Shown piece by piece: positions 20,901 to 29,988 of a stretch of 56,308 bases of DNA. Location of the stretch: positions 1 to 56,308 of the forward strand of contig JBEDDM010000002.1 of NCBI GenBank assembly GCA_041176225.1, read 5' to 3'. Position 1 is the first letter of the stretch. Each line of letters opens with the position of its first letter. The position numbers were made by a program, and so were the translations under genes. Origin of the DNA: Chloroflexota bacterium. GTDB lineage: Bacteria; Chloroflexota; Limnocylindria; Limnocylindrales; Limnocylindraceae. The notes under the pieces are model-generated. The model did not search any database, had not been told where the DNA came from, and worked only from the letters and a program-made list of their open reading frames with translations.

Positions 20901-21607
20901 ACGCCGAGGTACGCCTCTTTCACCTTCGGGTTGCTGGCAAGCTTCTTGCAGTCGTCTTCAAGGGTGACTTCACCGATCTGCAAGATGTAACCGCGGTTCG
21001 CAATGCCGAGTGCCATCATGGCGTTCTGCTCCACAAGCAGCACGGCGGTTCCGCGCGTGTTGATCTCCTTGATGATGTCAAAGATTTGCTCCACGAGGAT
21101 CGGCGCGAGCCCCATGGATGGTTCGTCAAGCAGCAGCACCTTCGGCCGTGCCATCAGCGCGCGTCCGATCGCAAGCATCTGCTGCTCACCACCAGACATG
21201 GTTCCAGCCGCCTGGAACTCTCGCTCCTTGAGGCGCGGGAAGAGACCAAAGATTTTCTTGAAGTCGTCCTGCACGTCTGGCCCTGGCTTTCGCAAGAAGG
21301 CACCCATCTCAAGGTTCTCGCGCACGGACATTCGAGTAAAGACGCGACGCCCCTCGGGGCTGTGTCCAACACCAAGGCGAACAATCTCATGCGCACGCAA
21401 CGCTTCAATGCTCTTTCCATTGAGCGTGATGCTCCCTGATCGTGCCCGCTGCAGGCCAGAGATGGTGCGGAGTGTTGTGGTTTTTCCTGCACCATTAGAA
21501 CCGATCAGCGTGACAATCTCTCCCTCTTCGACTTTGAGTGAGACGCCGCGAAGGGCGTGGACCGCTCCGTAGTACGTATGCACATCCTTCAGCTCAAGCA
21601 GTGCCAT
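20897..21607 (-). CDS. livF: branched-chain amino acid ABC transporter ATP-binding protein LivF
   Basis: GSNGAGKTTTLRTISG, MSGGEQQMLAIGRALM and LLLDEPSMGLAP. Confidence 0.92.
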   Translation of the reverse strand: MALLELKDVHTYYGAVHALRGVSLKVEEGEIVTLIGSNGAGKTTTLRTISGLQRARSGSITLNGKSIEALRAHEIVRLGVGHSPEGRRVFTRMSVRENLEMGAFLRKPGPDVQDDFKKIFGLFPRLKEREFQAAGTMSGGEQQMLAIGRALMARPKVLLLDEPSMGLAPILVEQIFDIIKEINTRGTAVLLVEQNAMMALGIANRGYILQIGEVTLEDDCKKLASNPKVKEAYLGV

Positions 21608-21619
21608 CTAACGCCCCTC

Positions 21620-22648
21620 TCAGTGCCCACTTGCGGCGCCGCGGCCAAGATAGGCCTCGATCACCTTTGGGTTGCTTCGGATTTCCGCCGGGAGACCTTC
21701 GGCAATCTTCTCGCCGTGATCAAGCACGGTAATGCGGTCGGAGATCCCCATCACCACGCGCATGTCGTGCTCAATGAGCAGGATTGTGATGTTTCGTTCA
21801 TCGCGGATTCGACGAATCAAAGCCGTCATCTCGGCCGTCTCTTTTGGATTCATGCCCGCGGCGGGTTCGTCCAGAAGGAGCAGCTGTGGCCGCCCCGCAA
21901 GCGCGCGAGCAATCTCTAGGAGGCGCTGCTTGCCGTATGGGAGCGCTGAGGCGAGCGTATTCTCTTCGCCACCGAGGCCGACAAATGCAAGGAGCTCTCG
22001 GGCATCGCGCTCAGCGTTCGCCTCCTCTGTACGAGTTTTCTTGGTCTGGAAGATGGTGCCAAGGAGTCCTGAACGGAGGTGGACGTGAGCGCCGATCAAG
22101 ATGTTCTCCAACGCGGTAAGCGTCTTATAGAGGCGGATGTTCTGGAAGGTTCGAGCCAAGCCGGCCTCCACCATGTCGTTGGGGCGAGCCGGACGCGTGA
22201 TGCCGACGCGCTTGATCAAACGCACATACCAGAGCGGTCGGACGATGGTAAGGAGCAGCACAGAGACGAATCCGAACAGTGCCACCACCACAGAGAGCAC
22301 ACCTTCGTAGAAACCTTCTATGCCGCCCACGACCAGCAGGAAGTATGCGGCAAGCGCAATCATCGGGACTATTGGGGCAAGGAGAAGAAGCGGCTCTCGG
22401 CCAGCACCGGTTGGCGGTGAGATGAGACGCTTACCGTTGATCTCAATATGCCCCTCGGTTGGCGCATAGATTCCCGCGATGACGTTGAAGAGGGTGGTCT
22501 TCCCCGCGCCATTTGGGCCAATGATTGCGGCAATCATGCCGCGCGGAATCTCAAAGTCCACGCTGTTGACCGCAACCAGGCCGCCGAAACGGCGAGTCAC
22601 CCCCTTTGCCTTCAGTACGATGTCGTTTGACGACTTCTCGCCGCTCAC
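21620..22648 (-). CDS. livG: branched-chain amino acid ABC transporter ATP-binding protein LivG with a ~79-aa hydrophobic insertion
   Basis: GPNGAGKTTLFNVIAG, LPYGKQRLLEIARAL and LLLDEPAAGMNP. 342 aa, against about 255 aa for E. coli LivG. The extra segment is at aa 77-155. Confidence 0.9.
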   Translation of the reverse strand: MSGEKSSNDIVLKAKGVTRRFGGLVAVNSVDFEIPRGMIAAIIGPNGAGKTTLFNVIAGIYAPTEGHIEINGKRLISPPTGAGREPLLLLAPIVPMIALAAYFLLVVGGIEGFYEGVLSVVVALFGFVSVLLLTIVRPLWYVRLIKRVGITRPARPNDMVEAGLARTFQNIRLYKTLTALENILIGAHVHLRSGLLGTIFQTKKTRTEEANAERDARELLAFVGLGGEENTLASALPYGKQRLLEIARALAGRPQLLLLDEPAAGMNPKETAEMTALIRRIRDERNITILLIEHDMRVVMGISDRITVLDHGEKIAEGLPAEIRSNPKVIEAYLGRGAASGH

Positions 22649-23754
22649 TTGTCCGCTCCTACTGAGTCCTTGAAGATACGCAAGCGGCGCTTCGCCGGGA
22701 AAATACCCTGCGGTCGCTTCAACATCATCAAGACCAAGACGATGCCATAGAGCACGTACTGGAATTCTAGGAAGTCAATCTCCTGGAGCACTGGAATGTT
22801 GAAGTTGTCTACGAGCGTGTTGAGCTGCTTCAGGAAGATGCTCTGTACGAGGTAAATTACGAATGCACCAACCGCAACTCCAACTGGGTTACCCATGCCA
22901 CCGAGGACGACCGCGGCAACCGCAGAAATGGAGACGACAAACTTGAATTGATCAGGCGCGACGATGGTGAGCTTCGCCGCGTTGAAAACACCAACGAAAC
23001 CGGCGATCGCGGCGCCAACGGCGAACGCCTGCAGCTTCGAGATCACGGTGTTCACGCCAGAGGATTCAGCGGCGAGTTCGTCTTCGCGAACAGCATCCCA
23101 GGCGCGGCCAATCCTGCTGTCTTGCAACCGGAAGACGACGATCATGATCAAGGCAATCATCACCATCATGAGTACATAGAAGGGCCACGGGTTGATCAGC
23201 GTGAACTCCAAGATCCCTGGGATTACCGGCTTATCAACGCCACCGAGTCCGTTTGTTCCACCAGTGAATGGATCGGAGTTGAGCAGCACGATCGGCACGA
23301 TCTCGCCGAATCCAAGGGTCACGATGGCCAAGTAGTCACCGCGCAGCCGCAGCGTCGGGGCGCCGAGAAAGACGCCGAACATGGCACCGATGATCGCACC
23401 AACAATGAGCATCGGCCAGAACGGGAGGTGGATGTCAAAGAATGGGGATGCCACGATCGCGTAGGTGTATCCACCAAGGGCGAAGAACGCAGCGTACCCA
23501 AGGTCAAGGAGGCCAGCGAACCCAATCACCACATTCAGTCCCACGGCGAGCAACGCGTAGATGCCCGCGATCGTGAATGCGTTCACCCACGCGTTCATTG
23601 ATTGAAGCTCGCCGAACGGCGGAATCCTGCTCATAAGCGGGAGTGCGCCACCGATCACGATGACCGCGACGAGGACGCCGAGCGAACGGTGCTGCGCAAA
23701 GTAGGCATTGGAACGCGCGCGGAGCGGCGCAAAACGGGCAAGCAGAGCACTCAT
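22645..23754 (-). CDS. livM: branched-chain amino acid ABC transporter permease LivM
   Basis: Polytopic permease with LGYAAFFALGGY motif. 4-nt overlaps on both sides. Confidence 0.9.
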   Translation of the reverse strand: MSALLARFAPLRARSNAYFAQHRSLGVLVAVIVIGGALPLMSRIPPFGELQSMNAWVNAFTIAGIYALLAVGLNVVIGFAGLLDLGYAAFFALGGYTYAIVASPFFDIHLPFWPMLIVGAIIGAMFGVFLGAPTLRLRGDYLAIVTLGFGEIVPIVLLNSDPFTGGTNGLGGVDKPVIPGILEFTLINPWPFYVLMMVMIALIMIVVFRLQDSRIGRAWDAVREDELAAESSGVNTVISKLQAFAVGAAIAGFVGVFNAAKLTIVAPDQFKFVVSISAVAAVVLGGMGNPVGVAVGAFVIYLVQSIFLKQLNTLVDNFNIPVLQEIDFLEFQYVLYGIVLVLMMLKRPQGIFPAKRRLRIFKDSVGADK

Positions 23755-24764
23755 GCGCGGTCTCCTGTCTGCGAGCCGAGAATGCCCGTCGGTCGGAAGA
23801 TCAGGAAGATCACGAGCAGAGAGAAGACGATCGCGCCTCCCCAGCGACCGAACCCGAACGCCGCGGCTCCAACCTCGACGAATGCGATCAAGAAGCCACC
23901 GAGCGCTGCACCCGCCGTATTGCCAATGCCGCCAAGCACGGCGGCGGTGAACGCTTTGAGGCCTGACTGGAATCCGAGCGTAAAGGTGGTGTTTCCGTAA
24001 TAGAGGCCGTGGATCACGCCGGCCGCCCCTGCAAGCCCCGAGCCGATTAAGAAGGTGATCATGATCGTCCGATTGATATCTACGCCCATCAGCGAGGAGG
24101 CGTCTCGGTCCATGGCGGTCGTGCGCATTGCGCGTCCAGTCTTGGTGCGCGCAATGAAGAGTTGGAGGATGGCCATCAAGAAGAGCGCTGAACCAATGAC
24201 AAAGAGGTTGAGGAATGGGACGCGGCTCTCTCCGAAGTTAAAGGACCATTGGGTCGAGAAGAGCTGTGGCACGTTCGTGATGTACGGCCCGACAAAAAAC
24301 TGAATGATGTTCTGGAGGATGAAGCTCACACCGATCGCAGTAATGAGTGGAGCAAGCTTCGGTGCGTTGCGAAGTGGACGGTATGCGAGGCGTTCGATGA
24401 GCGCTCCGACGATCGCCATGACCACAATCGTGACGACGAAAAGCACGACCAGGCTGAAGACGAGCGTGGGGACGTCCGTGATTGCTCCCGTCTGTCCAAG
24501 CAACGTCGTACTCACGCCAATCGATACGAAGGTTGCAACCATGAAGACATCGCCGTGGGCGAAGTTGATCAGCTCAATGATGCCGTAGACCATCGTGTAG
24601 CCGAGGGCAATCAACGCATAGATGGCGCCGAGCGTCATGGCATTGAGGAACTGGTCAAATCCGAGGAGCCCCAGCATCAGCGCCAGGAACCCGGTGACTA
24701 CCGCAGGGAAGAGGAACTGACTGCGAACGCGCTCGGTCCGTACGGTGCCCGATGCGGTTGCCAT
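23751..24764 (-). CDS. livH: branched-chain amino acid ABC transporter permease LivH
   Basis: INFAHGDVFMV motif in a polytopic permease. Confidence 0.9.
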   Translation of the reverse strand: MATASGTVRTERVRSQFLFPAVVTGFLALMLGLLGFDQFLNAMTLGAIYALIALGYTMVYGIIELINFAHGDVFMVATFVSIGVSTTLLGQTGAITDVPTLVFSLVVLFVVTIVVMAIVGALIERLAYRPLRNAPKLAPLITAIGVSFILQNIIQFFVGPYITNVPQLFSTQWSFNFGESRVPFLNLFVIGSALFLMAILQLFIARTKTGRAMRTTAMDRDASSLMGVDINRTIMITFLIGSGLAGAAGVIHGLYYGNTTFTLGFQSGLKAFTAAVLGGIGNTAGAALGGFLIAFVEVGAAAFGFGRWGGAIVFSLLVIFLIFRPTGILGSQTGDRA

Positions 24765-24866
24765 GAGTCCTCCTCTCTAATCCAGTTGGTGCGTCTAGCG
24801 ATTGTGCCTGTCTCGTGAACTAAGGGCAAGACTTCTCAGTTGTAGGCTCGTGCACTATGAGTGTTT

Positions 24867-24905
24867 GAAGGGCCCCCACCGCCCTTTCGGGCGAGGGGGC
24901 CCTTC
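24867..24905 (-). terminator. very stable hairpin between the binding-protein gene and livH
   Basis: gaagggccccc-ac-cgccc tttc gggcg-a-gggggcccttc, giving 11+5 bp. No U-tract. Confidence 0.55.
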
Positions 24906-24922
24906 ATCACGATCTTCGCGAC

Positions 24923-24946
24923 CCGTGCGGGGAGACCCCGCTACGG
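24923..24946 (-). terminator. second hairpin immediately after the binding-protein stop codon
   Basis: ccgtgcgggg aga ccccgctacgg, giving 6+4 bp with one bulge. Confidence 0.4.
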
Positions 24947-24947
24947 A

Positions 24948-26150
24948 TTACTTGTTCGCGTAGTCGATCTGCTCGACGAACGTCCAGTTGCCATCAACTA
25001 CCTCATAGAGGGAGATGATCTTCTGGGACGTGTCGCCAACCTCGTCGAACGAAAGGCTGCCAAGCACTGTGGAGTACGTCACCGACGTATCAACCAAAGC
25101 AGCGCGTACGGCCTCTCGCGTCACTTCGCCAGCCGCAACGGCTCGCTTGATGGCGTCGAGGACGACCTGGGCGCAGGCGTAGCCGGATGCAGAGTATGCA
25201 CCTGGGGCTTCGCCGAACTCAGCCTCGTACTTGGCTGCGAAACCAGCCTTGTCAGGGATGTTCTCGATCGCTGCGACCGAGCTGAAGCTCTTCGCTGCAG
25301 CTGCGCCCGCGATTGCGATGTACGAACCCTCGCCTGAACCGTCCTGGATTCCGTCGCCGCCATAGAACTCAATGTCTCCGCCGCCAGCCTGTTCAATGGC
25401 CTTGCGGAAGAGTCCGGCGCCGTCCGCCGTCACGCCACCGTAGAAGAACGCGTCTGGGCCAAGGGCCAAGGCGGCGGTCACGATTGCGGTGAAGTCGGTC
25501 GTGCCTGCTGGTGCACCTTCGCGTCCGAGAACGGTTCCGCCACCGGCGGTGAACTCAGCTTCGAATGAGTCAGCAATGCCCTTGCCGTAGGTGTCGGTCG
25601 AATCGACGATGAACACCTTCGACTTGCCGCGCGACTTTGCGTACACGGCAACGGCTGGTCCCTGAAGGTCGTCAGTTGCAGCTACGCGAACGTAGTTGAC
25701 TGGGCGGCCACCGCGAAGCGCAGCACCAGCATCACCCTTGGTGAGGTCTGGGTTGGTGTTCGACGGCGAGCATGCCGCGAGACCGGCTTCGGATGAAACC
25801 GGAATCTGTGCCTTTGCCGACGAGCTGTTGAACGGGCCGACCACTGCGACAACGGTCTCGTCGCCAACAAGGGTCGTCATGTCCGTCGCGGCCTGAGCCG
25901 GGTTGTGGACGCCGTCAACGGCATGGTCAAGGATCTTCGTCGCGAGCGTGTAGCCCTCGATCGTCGTCTCCTTGATTGCGAGAAGTGCGCCGTCACGGGC
26001 TGGGCCGGCGGACGCGAGCGAGGAGCCCGAGAGTGGAAGGCTGATGCCGATCGTCAGCGTCTTCCCTTCCGTCGTGCTTCCACCGCATGCAGCTGCAAGA
26101 AGCGCAACTGCTGCAAGGGCTGCGAAGCCCTTCTTGTTAAAGACCTTCAT
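24948..26150 (-). CDS. LivJ/LivK-type branched-chain amino acid binding lipoprotein
   Basis: Signal plus lipobox ALLAAACGGS. About 400 aa with a type-I PBP pattern. First gene of the liv operon. SD GAAGGAGGA. Confidence 0.85.
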   Translation of the reverse strand: MKVFNKKGFAALAAVALLAAACGGSTTEGKTLTIGISLPLSGSSLASAGPARDGALLAIKETTIEGYTLATKILDHAVDGVHNPAQAATDMTTLVGDETVVAVVGPFNSSSAKAQIPVSSEAGLAACSPSNTNPDLTKGDAGAALRGGRPVNYVRVAATDDLQGPAVAVYAKSRGKSKVFIVDSTDTYGKGIADSFEAEFTAGGGTVLGREGAPAGTTDFTAIVTAALALGPDAFFYGGVTADGAGLFRKAIEQAGGGDIEFYGGDGIQDGSGEGSYIAIAGAAAAKSFSSVAAIENIPDKAGFAAKYEAEFGEAPGAYSASGYACAQVVLDAIKRAVAAGEVTREAVRAALVDTSVTYSTVLGSLSFDEVGDTSQKIISLYEVVDGNWTFVEQIDYANK

Positions 26151-26280
26151 GAGGTCCTCCTTCTACTATTCCGCGCCGGATCCGACGCGGGCTCGGGGCT
26201 GATTCGGACTATGCAATCACCACGCTGCGGCTTTCGCCATGACGTTGGTGCGGCTGCGTCCGATGCAGTCGAGGAAGCAC

Positions 26281-26320
26281 ATCATGAACGAGGCGTCGCG
26301 CATGCGCAACTTTTTTTCCT
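26281..26320 (-). promoter_or_regulatory. tentative liv promoter (-35 TTGCGC, 17 nt, -10 CATGAT) preceded by an A7 tract
   Basis: Read on the minus strand: GGAAAAAAAG TTGCGC atgcgcgacgcctcgtt CATGAT. It lies in the only AT-rich patch of the 244-nt gap. Confidence 0.3.
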
Positions 26321-26394
26321 GCAAAACGACCAAATTCGTGCGGAAAACCCCGAATGTTTAGAAAACGCAATCAAATCTAGGGCGTGCCTTACTC

Positions 26395-27270
26395 CTACGC
26401 GCGTGGCACCCCAGGCTCTGCGATCAGGAGTGCGGCGCCAGGTGGGAGCGAGATTGCGTGGCTGCCAACAGGGGCGCTGATGCTCTGAAGCGTGCTCATG
26501 CTTTCACCGCCAACCGTAGCCACACTGCCTCCCGCAAATTGGGCGGAGGTTGGGACCTGCGTGACAAGGGTTGCGGTAGCACCGAGCGGCGTTGCAAGGT
26601 CACCGCTCCACGGTCCAATCACCGCAACAATCTGGAATTCAGGCCCGGCCAAGATGCGATGGTGTCCAGGAGAGAGCCAATCAATCGTTGAGATCCGTTG
26701 CGCCACCGCATCGGAGTGAGTGGCGCGGCGAGCTTCAGCGTGATGCAAGGGTCTCTCGCTGCTGTTTCGCCCCCAGTCGCTGACGCGATAGGTGAGGTCA
26801 GAGGGCTGCTGTACCTCCCAGACCAAGAGCCCAGGCATCAATGCATGAAGGGTTCCTGGCGGAACATCAAGGACGTCTCCGGAAGATACCGCCACGCGCG
26901 CCAGGAGCGGCGCCACGTCTTCGCAAGCCTCAAGCGCCTCATCAACTCGGGCAGGCTCCACGTTCGGGTCTCGCCCGAGGAGTAAGTGTGCGTTTGGCGC
27001 CGCTTCAAGGATGATCCACGCTTCATGTTTTCCGAGCGAGCCCGCGCCGTGCAGCTCTGCAGCAAGTGCATCATCTGGATGTACTTGAACAGAGAGTCGA
27101 TCATGAACGTCGAGCAGCTTCACGAGTGGGCGTCTGTCACCAATCTCGCCGAACCACGCTTCTCCAATTCGCACCTGTGCCGGTTCCTGTGGCGCTGCGT
27201 CCGGGAAGAGTCCTGCGAGTCGAGTGCCGCCCCACACGCGAGGGACGAGTCGTGGCGCAATCAGCTTCAC
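26395..27270 (-). CDS. type I phosphomannose isomerase-like cupin protein
   Basis: PRVWGG N-terminus, QVHPDD and KHEAWIIL motifs. 291 aa. Confidence 0.75.
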   Translation of the reverse strand: MKLIAPRLVPRVWGGTRLAGLFPDAAPQEPAQVRIGEAWFGEIGDRRPLVKLLDVHDRLSVQVHPDDALAAELHGAGSLGKHEAWIILEAAPNAHLLLGRDPNVEPARVDEALEACEDVAPLLARVAVSSGDVLDVPPGTLHALMPGLLVWEVQQPSDLTYRVSDWGRNSSERPLHHAEARRATHSDAVAQRISTIDWLSPGHHRILAGPEFQIVAVIGPWSGDLATPLGATATLVTQVPTSAQFAGGSVATVGGESMSTLQSISAPVGSHAISLPPGAALLIAEPGVPRA

Positions 27271-27283
27271 GACTGCACCACCG

Positions 27284-28510
27284 TCAGCGCAGCAGCGCTG
27301 CGACCGCCTTTGCCACGATTGGAATCTTCACGGCGGAGAGACCGGCAAAGTTGATGCGGCCGCGCGCCACGAGATAGATCGCCTGCTCATCGCGAAGTTG
27401 CGCAAGCTGCGCATCGCTGAGTCCGAGCAGTGAGAACATGCCGCGCCCAGTGAGAAGATGCGAGAAGTCGCCAGCGCCAGCCTGTGCGAGCGCATCCACA
27501 AAGGCGCGCCGATTCCCATTGATGCGCTCACGCATTGCGGTGACTTCACCCTCCCACTGCGCGCGAAGTGAATCATCACCAAGGATCTCCGCAACGATCT
27601 CGCCGCCGTGCCCGGGAGGGTTTGACCAGGCGGCGCGAATTGCGACCTTCGCATGCGTGAGGATGGCGGCGGCGGCGGCTGGATCCGCCGCAACAATGGC
27701 TAGGGCGCCGACTCGTTCGTCATAGAGGGCAAAGTTCTTGCTCGCGCTCGCAGCAACAAGGACCTCACAGCCTGTGGCGAGGAAAGCACGAAGTGAAGCA
27801 GCATCCTCAACGAGTCCGTCGCCGAGTCCCTGGTAGGCAAAGTCAAGGATGGGGAGCACGCCGCGCGCCGCGACGGCGTTCGCAATCTCACCCCACTGTG
27901 CAGCGGTCGGATCAATACCCGTTGGGTTGTGGCAGGCGCCATGGAAGATGAAGGCGTCGCCAGGTGCCGCCGCCGCGATTGCATCGAGGAGCGCTCCCAT
28001 GTCAAGCTCGCGAACGTTGGCGGTGGTCCATGGATGTGATCGGTGGCGCACGCCAACCGCGTCGGCAATCTGTGGATGATTCGGCCAGGTTGGATCGCTT
28101 ACCCAAATCTGAGCCTCTGGTCGCAAGCGTGCCACCAACTCCACGGCGAGCCGAACGGCTCCGGTTCCGCCTGGTGTGTGCAGCACCTCCACGCGTCCGC
28201 CGGTCGCGATCGGCGGGAGCGTACCGAATGGGGCTCCAGGCTCGCGGAAGATAAGTGCGCGCATCAACTTTACGAGCGCTGGGTCGCCGCCGATCGGCTT
28301 GTAAAGCTTGGTGGTTGAGTTGGCAAGGAGACGGCGCTCGGCCTCTCGAACGCTGGTGAGGATCGGCGTGACACCGTTCTCCTCCATATAGACACCAGCG
28401 GCAAGGTTGATCTTCTCTGGACGAGGGTCGGCGCGGAACGCCTCCACGATCCCAAAGATGGGATCAGAAGGGGCGCTGCTGATCTTTGCGGAGAGGCTGC
28501 CGTCCACCAT
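27284..28510 (-). CDS. aspartate/aromatic amino acid aminotransferase (AspC/TyrB subfamily)
   Basis: INLAAGVY and SASKNFALYDERVGAL (PLP-lysine motif SxSKNFGLYxERVG). Confidence 0.9.
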   Translation of the reverse strand: MVDGSLSAKISSAPSDPIFGIVEAFRADPRPEKINLAAGVYMEENGVTPILTSVREAERRLLANSTTKLYKPIGGDPALVKLMRALIFREPGAPFGTLPPIATGGRVEVLHTPGGTGAVRLAVELVARLRPEAQIWVSDPTWPNHPQIADAVGVRHRSHPWTTANVRELDMGALLDAIAAAAPGDAFIFHGACHNPTGIDPTAAQWGEIANAVAARGVLPILDFAYQGLGDGLVEDAASLRAFLATGCEVLVAASASKNFALYDERVGALAIVAADPAAAAAILTHAKVAIRAAWSNPPGHGGEIVAEILGDDSLRAQWEGEVTAMRERINGNRRAFVDALAQAGAGDFSHLLTGRGMFSLLGLSDAQLAQLRDEQAIYLVARGRINFAGLSAVKIPIVAKAVAALLR

Positions 28511-28589
28511 GAGGTGAGTCTAGCCGAGGCACTTCGGAGGCTGGCACGCCTCGCCTCGCGATTCCCTCGGGAGGCGTACGATCGCGCTG

Positions 28590-28862
28590 ATGGACTTCTT
28601 CGATCTCGATCCGATCGGTTGGGCACTCCTCGGCTTTCTCGCCGGAGGCCTCTCCTCGTGGCTCATCCGTGGACGTGCCGCGCGAGGATGCCTCGCCAAC
28701 ATCCTGGTCGGCATTCTTGGAGGACTCATTGGAGGAACGCTTGCAAAGAGCACTGGGTTCGGTGATGCGGGAGGCTTCCTTGGGTCGCTCTTCGTCGCGC
28801 TGCTCGGTTCGGTACTCTTAAGGCTCGCCATTGAGTTTGTTGATCGGAGGCCACGCAGATGA
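28590..28862 (+). CDS. GlsB/YeaQ/YmgE-family small stress membrane protein
   Basis: 90 aa with Gly-zipper helices (GWALLGFLAGGLSSWL, ILVGILGGLIGGTL). Confidence 0.75.
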   Translation: MDFFDLDPIGWALLGFLAGGLSSWLIRGRAARGCLANILVGILGGLIGGTLAKSTGFGDAGGFLGSLFVALLGSVLLRLAIEFVDRRPRR

Positions 28863-29953
28863 GCGAAGAGAAGCCGTTTAGCCCAGGGCTCGCGGGCATT
28901 ATTGGCGCGGAGACCGCGATCGGTTTTGTAGACGGCGCACACGGAAAGTTGCTCTACCGCGGCTACCCCATTGAAGAGGTTGTCGCCAAGGGAACCTATG
29001 CAAGCGTGCTCGATCTTCTCCTCACTGGCGAGTGGCACCCGGACGCAGTCCTTGAGCCAGTCAAGGTTCCACCCGCAGTCCTTGCTGCACTCAGGCTCCT
29101 CCCTGCGCACGCACACCCAATGGATGCGCTGCGCACCGCGATCTCCGTCTGGGGGGCGGGCGAACGACTCGGCTGGCCACCCACCGCAGATGAGGCACGA
29201 AAGATTGCAGCGTTTGCGCCATCTGCACTCGCCGCATTCGCGAGACTTCGTCAGGGACTCGAGCCTATCGATCCAGAGCCGGGCCTCGGCATTGCCGCGG
29301 CCTTCTTGCAGCAGCTGCACGGCAAGACACCAGAGCAAGGAACCGCACGCGCGCTCGACGCGTATTTGATGGCGGGTGCCGAGCACGGCCTCAACGCGAG
29401 CACATTCGCCGCGCGCGCAATCATCGCCACGCGCTCAGACATTGCCTCCGCAATCTGCGGAGCGATCGGCGGTCTTAAGGGACCACTGCACGGCGGCGCA
29501 CCTGCCGAAGTAATCGGGCAACTTGGCGAGATCGGATCCATTGATCGCGCAGAAGATTGGGCGCGCGGGAAGCTCGCGCGACGCGAACTGATCATGGGCT
29601 TCGGGCATCGCGTCTATCGCGCATACGATCCGCGCGCTGCCGCACTGCGCAAAGTGGCGGAGGCGATGCCAAACCGTCCCGACTGGCTTGACCTTGCGAT
29701 TGGCGCAGAAGAGGTAATCCTTCGCGTCTTTGAGGAGATGAAGCCGGGTCGTGCGATGAAGACAAATGTTGAGTTCTACGCGGCAGCGGTTCTCCAGGGT
29801 GTTGGCCTTGCGCCTGATCTCTTCCCCGCCACGTTCGCGATCGCGCGCATCGCCGGCTGGTCAGCCCATGTGATTGAGCAGGCGGGCGTTGACAAGATCA
29901 TTCGCCCAGACGCGCGATACATCGGGCATCCGGAGCGCCACCTCCCCGGTTGA
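28859..29953 (+). CDS. citrate synthase family protein (short ~365-aa type; citrate or 2-methylcitrate synthase)
   Basis: KLLYRGYPIEE, GPLHGGA and GFGHRVY motifs. ATGA overlap with the upstream gene. Confidence 0.9.
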   Translation: MSEEKPFSPGLAGIIGAETAIGFVDGAHGKLLYRGYPIEEVVAKGTYASVLDLLLTGEWHPDAVLEPVKVPPAVLAALRLLPAHAHPMDALRTAISVWGAGERLGWPPTADEARKIAAFAPSALAAFARLRQGLEPIDPEPGLGIAAAFLQQLHGKTPEQGTARALDAYLMAGAEHGLNASTFAARAIIATRSDIASAICGAIGGLKGPLHGGAPAEVIGQLGEIGSIDRAEDWARGKLARRELIMGFGHRVYRAYDPRAAALRKVAEAMPNRPDWLDLAIGAEEVILRVFEEMKPGRAMKTNVEFYAAAVLQGVGLAPDLFPATFAIARIAGWSAHVIEQAGVDKIIRPDARYIGHPERHLPG

Positions 29954-29958
29954 TCGCA

Positions 29959-29981
29959 CGCGCCGCGAGTCTCGCGGCGCG
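29959..29981. terminator. bidirectional GC hairpin between convergent genes
   Basis: cgcgccgcgag / ctcgcggcgcg inverted repeat centred at 29970. Confidence 0.45.
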
Positions 29982-29988
29982 CTCGGCG

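Noticed and set aside
28520-29386. 288-aa minus-strand ORF
   Set aside because: It is antisense to the GlsB-like and citrate synthase genes, which carry diagnostic motifs. Its composition is Arg/Cys/Trp-rich and non-protein-like.
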